This document shows, piece after piece, positions 52,602 through 59,639 of a stretch of DNA of 64,000 nt (its first letter is position 1; each line of letters begins with the position of its first letter). The notes beneath the pieces are model-generated. The model was given only the letters and a program-made list of their open reading frames with translations, was not told where the DNA came from and did not search any database. Source of the DNA: a bacterium. GTDB taxonomy: Bacteria; CG2-30-53-67. Both the position numbers and the translations under genes were made by a program. The stretch is from the NCBI GenBank assembly GCA_919901565.1, contig CAKKPE010000050.1, positions 6,016 through 70,015 of the forward strand, read 5' to 3'.

Positions 52602-53330
52602 ATGATGACACATGCCCTGCAGATCCAAGACCTCAGGAAATGTTACGGAGGACTTGAAGTCCTTTCCGGGTGCAGTCTCGAATTCGAGGCCGGGAAGGTT
52701 CATGTCCTGCTGGGCCCCAACGGGGTCGGCAAGACCACCCTGCTCAGGATACTCAACCTTCTTGAAGAGCCGACAGAGGGGGTCATCCAATTCAACGGAT
52801 TCAAAGAGGATGGGCAGGACGGGAGTCTGATCCGAAGAGAGATCACCATGGTCTTTCAGCGGCCTGCCCTGTTCAAGACCACGGTTTATCGGAATGTCGC
52901 CTATGGCCTGAAACTCCGAAAGGTATCTCGAGAAAAGATACGGGAACGGGTAGGCGAGGTTCTGGATCTGGTGGGGATGTCGGGCTGTGCCGGGCGGGAG
53001 GCGCGCACCCTCTCCGCAGGGGAAGCCCAGCGCGTGGCCCTGGCACGGGCGCTGGCCGTCCGGCCAAGGATCCTTTTTCTGGACGAGCCCACGGCCAACC
53101 TGGACCCGTACAACGCCCGGAAGGTGGAGGAGATTATTCTCGAGATCAAGTCACGGGACCAGACTACCATCCTTCTGGCCACGCACAATCTCTTTCAGGC
53201 TCAACGGATCTCCGACCGGGTCGTCTTTCTTTATGCGGGAAGGGTGGTAGAAACCGCAGACACCCGGACCTTCTTTGAACATCCCAAGGAGGAACTCAGC
53301 CGTCAATTCATCAGAGGAGAATGGATATGA
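52602..53330 (+). CDS. tupC: Tungstate ABC transporter ATPase
   Basis: GPNGVGKT, LSAGEAQRVALAR, LDEPTANLD; lies between tupB and tupA. Confidence 0.88.
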   Translation: MMTHALQIQDLRKCYGGLEVLSGCSLEFEAGKVHVLLGPNGVGKTTLLRILNLLEEPTEGVIQFNGFKEDGQDGSLIRREITMVFQRPALFKTTVYRNVAYGLKLRKVSREKIRERVGEVLDLVGMSGCAGREARTLSAGEAQRVALARALAVRPRILFLDEPTANLDPYNARKVEEIILEIKSRDQTTILLATHNLFQAQRISDRVVFLYAGRVVETADTRTFFEHPKEELSRQFIRGEWI

Positions 53331-54157
53331 AAAGAATCGCATTGTTTTGGATTGCAGTCTGCATACTTTTTTCCATGCCTTTGCCGTCTGTATCTGCAGA
53401 GGATGCCGTCCGGATCCGGATGGCATCCACTACCAGCACCCAGAACTCCGGGCTTCTGGACGTTCTGTTCCCGGCCTTTGAGAAGGCCACGGGCGGGAGG
53501 ATCAAGGTGGATCTGATTGCCGTGGGCACGGGGCAGGCCCTGGAGATCGCGGAACGGGGGGATGCGGACCTGGTCTTTGTCCATGCCCCGGAGTTGGAGG
53601 AAGAGTTTGTAAAAAATGGCTTCGGCGTCAACCGGCACCCGGTCATGCACAACGATTTTGTGGTCCTTGGTCCGGCATCCGATCCTGCGGGAGTCAAGGA
53701 TGCACATACGGCCATTGATGCCTTTCAAGCTATTGCAAAACAGAAGGCCCTCTTCATCTCACGAGGGGACCGATCCGGTACCCATCTCAAGGAGCTGGCT
53801 GTCTGGGACAAGGCCGGGGTGAACCCCAAGGGAGAGGCGTGGTATATCGAAGCAGGCTCGGGCATGGCAGCGGCACTCCGGGTGGCCGAAGAAAAACGCG
53901 CCTATACCCTCTCGGACCGGGGGACTTACCTGAACTACCGGACCAGAATAAGCCTTGGAATCCTCTTCCAGGGGGACCCGGCCTTATACAATCCTTACGG
54001 GATCATGGCCGTGAACCCCAAGCGTTTCCCCCATGTCCATTACAAAGAGGCCATGCGCTTTATCGAGTGGATCCTGTCGCCTGAAGCGCAGAGTCTGATT
54101 GCGTCATATCAGATCAACGGGGAGCAGCTCTTTTATCCGGATGCCCGTGGAAATTAG
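53327..54157 (+). CDS. tupA: Tungstate-binding periplasmic protein
   Basis: ASTTSTQNSGLL, VGTGQAL, FISRGDRSGTH, LSDRGTY. Confidence 0.92.
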   Translation: MKRIALFWIAVCILFSMPLPSVSAEDAVRIRMASTTSTQNSGLLDVLFPAFEKATGGRIKVDLIAVGTGQALEIAERGDADLVFVHAPELEEEFVKNGFGVNRHPVMHNDFVVLGPASDPAGVKDAHTAIDAFQAIAKQKALFISRGDRSGTHLKELAVWDKAGVNPKGEAWYIEAGSGMAAALRVAEEKRAYTLSDRGTYLNYRTRISLGILFQGDPALYNPYGIMAVNPKRFPHVHYKEAMRFIEWILSPEAQSLIASYQINGEQLFYPDARGN

Positions 54158-54177
54158 GGACAACCACATATTTCCCC

Positions 54178-54213
54178 TTGCCGCCATCCCCATTTCTTCG
54201 TATAATCTTTGCA
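54178..54213 (+). promoter_or_regulatory. Sigma-70 promoter copy 1 (TTGCCG-N17-TATAAT)
   Basis: Near-identical to 55218-55253. Confidence 0.7.
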
Positions 54214-54349
54214 ATTGCCTGACATCGAACGGCTTGTGCGACACTCTAAAGATCATCGCCTGCCCTGAGCAAAGCCGTCATCCTGCTCCAACATAGCGCC
54301 CCAACCCGCGTCAATCATCCCGACAAACGCGGCGCACCTCAAGAGGAGA

Positions 54350-54904
54350 ATGCCCATGGGAAAGGATATAATTCCGCAGGACGTCATTGAACAGAAGATC
54401 TTCCTGATACGCGGCCATAAGGTCATGATTGACAGCGATCTTGCTGAGCTTTATGGCGTTACAACAAAGAGACTGAATGAACAGGTCAAGCGCAATCTGA
54501 AACGCTTCCCTCGTGACTTCATGTTCCAGTTAAGCGAGAAGGAACTTGAAAGCTTGAGGTCGCATTTTGCGACCTCAAGTTCATGGGGTGGCCGTCGGTA
54601 TCCGCCATACGCTTTCACCGAACACGGTGCGATTATGGCAGCCAGTATCCTCAATACGAACCGAGCAATTGAAGTGAGCGTGTACGTGGTGAGGGCCTTT
54701 GTCAAGCTTCGCGAAATGATCGCATCCCACAAGGATCTGGCACGAAAACTCGAAGAACTCGAAAAGAAATACGACGCCCAGTTTAGAGTCGTCTTCGATG
54801 CCATCAGAGAGTTGATGCGTGAACCTGAGCGAGGACAGCAAAAAAAGATAGGTTTTATTGCCAAGGAAGGCAGACCCAAGTACAAAGCGGAGCGCCCCCG
54901 TTAG
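54350..54904 (+). CDS. ORF6N (KilA-N-like) DNA-binding protein
   Basis: IRGHKVMIDSDLAELYGV.TKRLNEQVKRN..RFP.DFMFQL, PYAFTEHG, KIGF. Confidence 0.93.
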   Translation: MPMGKDIIPQDVIEQKIFLIRGHKVMIDSDLAELYGVTTKRLNEQVKRNLKRFPRDFMFQLSEKELESLRSHFATSSSWGGRRYPPYAFTEHGAIMAASILNTNRAIEVSVYVVRAFVKLREMIASHKDLARKLEELEKKYDAQFRVVFDAIRELMREPERGQQKKIGFIAKEGRPKYKAERPR

Positions 54905-54964
54905 ACGCATGGCGCGTAACGGGGCTTAAGTCCCCCTTTGTCAAAGGGGGATATAGGGGGATTT
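54896..54964. repeat. Two adjacent palindromic repeats (CCCCGTTA..TAACGGGG and TCCCCCTTT..AAAGGGGGA)
   Basis: Two stems directly after the ORF6N stop, matching families seen at 13377 and 52450/58156. Confidence 0.7.
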
Positions 54965-54976
54965 TTAAATGCTATC

Positions 54977-55210
54977 CTCCGTCCTTTGCCTTTCTTCCGT
55001 CTTCTGCCCTCCGCCCCTCCGCCCCTCCGCCCTCTGTCGTCTGTCTTTTGCCGTCCTCCGACCTTCCGCCCTCTGCCATCTGTCGTCTATCTTTTACCGT
55101 CCGTCCTTTACCTTATCTTCCGTCTTCTGTCCTTCTGTCCTTCTGTCCTTCCATCCTCTGATCTTACTGCCCACCGTTCTTACCGCACACTGGTCTTAAT
55201 CCGTCCTCTG
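54977..55210 (+). repeat. Pyrimidine-rich degenerate heptamer tandem repeat tract
   Basis: Units such as CTCCGCC, CTTCTGT, CCGTCCT; reverse complement shares sequence with 18829-18930. Confidence 0.75.
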
Positions 55211-55217
55211 TTTTTCC

Positions 55218-55253
55218 TTGCCTCCATCCCCATTTCTTCGTATAATCTTTGCA
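55218..55253 (+). promoter_or_regulatory. Sigma-70 promoter copy 2, upstream of the helicase-MTase operon
   Basis: TTGCCT-N17-TATAAT; duplicate of 54178-54213. Confidence 0.7.
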
Positions 55254-55311
55254 TTCCGACCGCTTGGGATGAATTCGATACCGCGACCACGGTGGAGGGA
55301 CCGGACATCAT

Positions 55312-58300
55312 ATGCCCCGCATATTTGATAACATCGAGCAGCATCTCCTTTCAGCACTCCAGGAAACTTTAAACGTCACCAACCGTGCTGATTTCTGTGT
55401 AGGATACTTCAATCTGAGAGGCTGGAAACAGCTTGACTCCTACATCGAACGCTGGTCAGGCGGGGAGGGGAACTGCTGCCGCCTTCTTGTCGGCATGCAA
55501 AGGCTTCCGCACGACGAATTACAGGAGGCGATGAGACTAATCAAGCAGGAAGAGGGTATCGACAACCAAACAGCGAGCCGGCTCAAAAAGAAGCTGGCTG
55601 AGCAGTTCCGAGAGCAGCTCACCTTCGGCGTGCCCACGAACGAAGACGAAGCCGGTCTCCGCAGGCTTGCGTCGCAAATAAAGGCAAAGAAAGTCATCGT
55701 CAAACTTTTCCTCCGCCATCCCCTTCATGCAAAGCTTTATCTTCTTTTCCGTCCTGACCCTGTCAATCCTTCAATCGGCTTTCTCGGCAGCAGCAACCTC
55801 ACGCTTGCGGGCCTCTTGCACCAGGGAGAGCTGAACGTTGATGTCCTTGACCATGACTCCTGCCAAAAGCTCGCAAAATGGTTCGAAGATCGCTGGAATG
55901 ACCGCCTGTGTCTTGACATCTCCGAGGAGCTTGCCCAGATTATAGGTGAAAGCTGGGCGCGTGAAGACTTGATCCCGCCTTATCATATCTACGTAAAGAT
56001 GGCCTATCACTTGTCCCAGGAGGCCAGAGCAGGGTTATCCGAGTTCCGTATCCCCAGGGATTTCGGCAACAAGTTGTTTGAATATCAGATTGCAGCGGTA
56101 AAGATAGCCGCTCACCATCTCAACAATCGCGGCGGTGTCCTGATCGGCGACGTGGTCGGTCTCGGAAAGACTCTCATGGCTACGGCCCTCGCGCGCATCT
56201 TTGAAGACGATCATGGATTGGAAACTTTGATCATTTGCCCCCCCAATCTTGAACCCATGTGGAATGATTATCGGATTCAGTACCGACTGCACGCTACGGT
56301 GATGTCCATCGGTCGTGTAATTCAGGAGCTACCCGACCTTCCGCGCCATCGGATTATCATTATTGATGAGAGCCATAATCTTCGTAATCGTTTCGGGAAA
56401 AGGTACAGCGCTATTCAAACCTATATTGAAAAAAACGAAAGCAAGTGCATCCTGCTCTCCGCCACGCCGTACAACAAGACCTATCTCGATCTCTCGAACC
56501 AGATCCGTCTCTTTGTGCCCGATGAAAAAGAACTCGGCATCAGACCTGAGCAACTGCTCCGTGTTATGGGCGAGACAGAGTTTATCCGCCGCCATCAATG
56601 CTCGGTACGGTCGCTATCCGCCTTTGAAAAGAGCGAATACGCCGATGACTGGCGGGATCTCATGCGCCTTTATATGGTCCGCAGGACGAGGAGCTTCATC
56701 CAGACGAATTATGCCGTCACCGACCCGGCAAACGGCCGCAAGTATCTGACTTTTGCGGACGGCAGCAGATCCTATTTCCCGACGAGACAGCCTCAGACTG
56801 TGAAGTTTGAGATTGAAGATAATGATCCCACAGACCAGTACGCCCGACTCTACTCAGACGACGTTGTTAACACCATCAATGCCCTGAGTCTTCCACGCTA
56901 CGGCATGGGCAACTACGTCCATGCCACCCCCCATGAAGCGCCTACTCCGGCGGATGCGAAGCTCCTGCAAGACCTGTCACGAGCAGGAAAGCGACTCATG
57001 GGTTTCTGCCGTACCAATCTGTTTAAGCGACTGGAAAGCGGCGGACAAGCCTTCATCCAGTCGGTTGAGCGCCATATCCTTCGAAATTACATCTTTCTCC
57101 ACGCCATCGAACAGGGCAAACCTATTCCTCTCGGGACTCAGGACGCAAGCCTGCTGGACAGCCGCATTTACGATGCAGACGCTGACGATGTCTGCGTCAC
57201 AACAAGTATGTTCGATGATGACAACGACGAGCCCTGTGCGACCTCGACGCCAACAGCCCTGCGGACAGAAACAGAGTTTAAGGCTCGCGCCGATGAGATA
57301 TACAAGGAATATGCAGCAGCCAACAGGAATCGTTTCAAGTGGCTCCGGCCGGATCTTTTTGTGAAAGCCCTTGCCAAGGATCTCGAAAGCGATGCCAAGG
57401 CCCTTCTCAAGATTCTTCAGACCTGCGGCGCATGGGATCCCGTCAAGGACACCAAGCTGAATGCCTTGACTACTCTTCTGGGACGGAGCCATTTGAAAGA
57501 AAAAGTTCTTATCTTTACCCAGTTCGCTGATACGGTCCGCTATTTGGAATCCCAGCTCAAGGCGAGGGGCCTCCGTCACCTTGCGGGTGTTACCGGGGAC
57601 ACGAGTGACCCCACGGCCCTCGCGTGGCGGTTCAGCCCGGTGAGCAACGAAAAACGCGACAGGATAAAACCGGAAGAGGAACTCCGCGTCCTCGTCGCAA
57701 CGGACGTATTGAGTGAAGGCCAGAACCTCCAGGACGGCGCCATCGTCGTGAACTACGACCTCCCCTGGGCCATCATCCGCCTGATCCAACGGGTCGGCCG
57801 CGTGGACCGCATCGGCCAGAAAGCGGACACGATTCTCTGCTACTCCTTCCTTCCGGCGGATGGAGTCGAACGTATCATCCGGCTCCGAAGCCGCGTGCGC
57901 CGGCGGCTACAAGAGAACGCCGAGGTTGTGGGCGCCGACGAATGTTTCTTTGAGGATGACAGGAACGATCAGGCCGTGCTCGATCTCTACCATGAAAAGG
58001 CAGGGATTCTTGACGGGGATGCAGAGACCGATGTTGATCTCGCATCCTATGCCTATCAGATATGGAAAAACGCCGTCACCGCGGACCCTGCCCTTCAGAA
58101 GACCATTCCGGCGCTTCCACCGGTCGTGTATTCCACAAAAGCGCTGAAGTCCGCCAATCCCCCCAACCCCCCTTTAGAAAAGGGGGGCGAGGGGGGATTT
58201 GACAGTGGACAAGTCGGCATTCCCAAAGCGGAGGGTGAGGGCACCGAAGGCGTCCTCGTCTATCTTCGCACTGCCGAAGGTAACGATGCGCTGGCAAGGA

Positions 58301-58770
58301 TCGACAAAGACGGAGCAAGCGTCACCGAGTCCCAGTTCGCAGTCCTTAAGGCCGCTGAATGTACGCCGGACACACCCGCCCTGCAACGTCAGGAGCGGCA
58401 CCATGAGCTCGTGCAGATGGGTGTAAAATTGATCGTATCTGAAGAACGGTCCGTGGGCGGACAGCTCGGCCGCCCTTCGGGAGCGCGCTTCCGCACCTAC
58501 GAGCGGCTCAAGCGATATGCCGATACGGTGAAGGGGACACTCTTCGACATTGCGCCGCTGCACAAAGCGATCGAGGAGATCTACCGTTATCCCCTGCGCC
58601 AGGCGGCAACGGACACACTCAATCGCCAGCTCCGGAGCGGAATTTCCGACGATGCCCTGGCCGAGCTGGTCATTGCCCTCCGCGACGAGGGCCGCCTCTG
58701 TCTCATCCACGAAGAGGAGCGGACGCAGGAGCCGATGATCATCTGCTCCATGGGGCTGCGGGATGGTTAA
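55312..58770 (+). CDS. PLD-family nuclease fused to an SNF2-like helicase (restriction-associated)
   Basis: VGYF, HAKLYL, GSSNLT..GELN (PLD); DVVGLGKT, DESH, LSATP, SEGQNLQ, QRVGRVDRIGQ (helicase). Confidence 0.9.
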   Translation: MPRIFDNIEQHLLSALQETLNVTNRADFCVGYFNLRGWKQLDSYIERWSGGEGNCCRLLVGMQRLPHDELQEAMRLIKQEEGIDNQTASRLKKKLAEQFREQLTFGVPTNEDEAGLRRLASQIKAKKVIVKLFLRHPLHAKLYLLFRPDPVNPSIGFLGSSNLTLAGLLHQGELNVDVLDHDSCQKLAKWFEDRWNDRLCLDISEELAQIIGESWAREDLIPPYHIYVKMAYHLSQEARAGLSEFRIPRDFGNKLFEYQIAAVKIAAHHLNNRGGVLIGDVVGLGKTLMATALARIFEDDHGLETLIICPPNLEPMWNDYRIQYRLHATVMSIGRVIQELPDLPRHRIIIIDESHNLRNRFGKRYSAIQTYIEKNESKCILLSATPYNKTYLDLSNQIRLFVPDEKELGIRPEQLLRVMGETEFIRRHQCSVRSLSAFEKSEYADDWRDLMRLYMVRRTRSFIQTNYAVTDPANGRKYLTFADGSRSYFPTRQPQTVKFEIEDNDPTDQYARLYSDDVVNTINALSLPRYGMGNYVHATPHEAPTPADAKLLQDLSRAGKRLMGFCRTNLFKRLESGGQAFIQSVERHILRNYIFLHAIEQGKPIPLGTQDASLLDSRIYDADADDVCVTTSMFDDDNDEPCATSTPTALRTETEFKARADEIYKEYAAANRNRFKWLRPDLFVKALAKDLESDAKALLKILQTCGAWDPVKDTKLNALTTLLGRSHLKEKVLIFTQFADTVRYLESQLKARGLRHLAGVTGDTSDPTALAWRFSPVSNEKRDRIKPEEELRVLVATDVLSEGQNLQDGAIVVNYDLPWAIIRLIQRVGRVDRIGQKADTILCYSFLPADGVERIIRLRSRVRRRLQENAEVVGADECFFEDDRNDQAVLDLYHEKAGILDGDAETDVDLASYAYQIWKNAVTADPALQKTIPALPPVVYSTKALKSANPPNPPLEKGGEGGFDSGQVGIPKAEGEGTEGVLVYLRTAEGNDALARIDKDGASVTESQFAVLKAAECTPDTPALQRQERHHELVQMGVKLIVSEERSVGGQLGRPSGARFRTYERLKRYADTVKGTLFDIAPLHKAIEEIYRYPLRQAATDTLNRQLRSGISDDALAELVIALRDEGRLCLIHEEERTQEPMIICSMGLRDG
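58156..58241 (+). repeat. Palindromic repeat translated in frame within the helicase
   Basis: AATCCCCCCAACCCCCCTTTAGAAAAGGGGGGCGAGGGGGGATTT (NPPNPPLEKGGEGGF), followed by GGAGGGTGAGGG. Confidence 0.8.
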
Positions 58771-58775
58771 GCAAT

Positions 58776-59543
58776 GTGACAGGACGAAATAACCACATGG
58801 AGTTTGTAAGAAAACATATCAACAAAGCGATCATCATCACTGGAAGGCCTCAGCATGAGGAACGGTGGGACTATCCACTCGACGCTATTCGGGAGATCGC
58901 CATAAATGCCATAATCCACCGCGACTATACGAGCGCCCAGGATTCAGTGGTCAAAGTGCACGATGACAAAATTGAAATATTCAATCCGGGCGGGCTTCCG
59001 GCCGGACTCACAGTTAAGAAGCTGTTAAAAGGCGATTATATTTCAAATGCCCGCAATAAGAAGATAGCCGAGGCATTCAAGGCCGCCGGGCTGATCGAAA
59101 AATACGGCTCCGGCATCAAACGAATACTGAGTGCGTTCAAGGCTTACGGTCTTCCAGCGCCTGACTTTGAAGAGACCAGCGGCGGGTTTCTGGTTACCGC
59201 CTACAAGAAGACCCCTCAAGTTAAGGAACAAGTCACCACGGAAGTCACCGGTGAATTCGGGATCAAGTCGGGACTAAGTCGGGACCAAGTCGGGACTAAG
59301 TCGGGACTAAGTTCCGAAGAAGTTATACGCATATTGGTTTTTTGTTCAATTGCGAAAGCGATTCAGGATATTCAAAAGGAATTTGAATGGACAAACCGCA
59401 CAAAATTCAGGAATAAATTTATCAATCCGTTATTGTCTGAGGGCTTATTAGAGATGAGCGTTCCGGACAAGCCGCAGAGCCGCCTCCAGAAGTATAGACT
59501 GACGGCCCAAGGAAGAAAAATATTGGAGAAGCTGAAGAAATGA
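58776..59543 (+). pseudogene. C-terminal half of an AlbA_2/HATPase_c_4 ATP-binding regulator with wHTH; N-terminus missing
   Basis: YPLDAIREIAINAIIHRDY, NPGGL, RNKKIA..F...GLIEKYGSG, PDKPQSRLQKYRLT; begins mid-domain. Confidence 0.65.
59258..59312 (+). repeat. Five tandem 11-bp units, CGGGAYYAAGT
   Basis: CGGGATCAAGT CGGGACTAAGT CGGGACCAAGT CGGGACTAAGT CGGGACTAAGT. Confidence 0.9.
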
Positions 59544-59598
59544 ATGATCTGAAGGCGAAAATCCAGTGGGCGCCGGAAGACGCGACCCTATGATGTTT

Positions 59599-59636
59599 TG
59601 ATCATCTGCTCCATGGGGCTGGTGGAGGAAAAGTAA
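59599..59636 (+). repeat. Duplicate of the helicase 3' end
   Basis: TGATCATCTGCTCCATGGGGCTG (59599-59621) is identical to 58736-58758; reads IICSMGLVEEK* versus IICSMGLRDG*. Confidence 0.85.
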
Positions 59637-59639
59637 GGC

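Noticed and set aside
54893-54925. attC site after ORF6N (GTTAGAC)
   Set aside because: No upstream RYYYAAC partner in the right geometry; better explained by the CCCCGTTA/TAACGGGG palindrome family.
54938-55372. 144-aa Leu/Pro/Ser-rich ORF
   Set aside because: Translation of the heptamer repeat tract.
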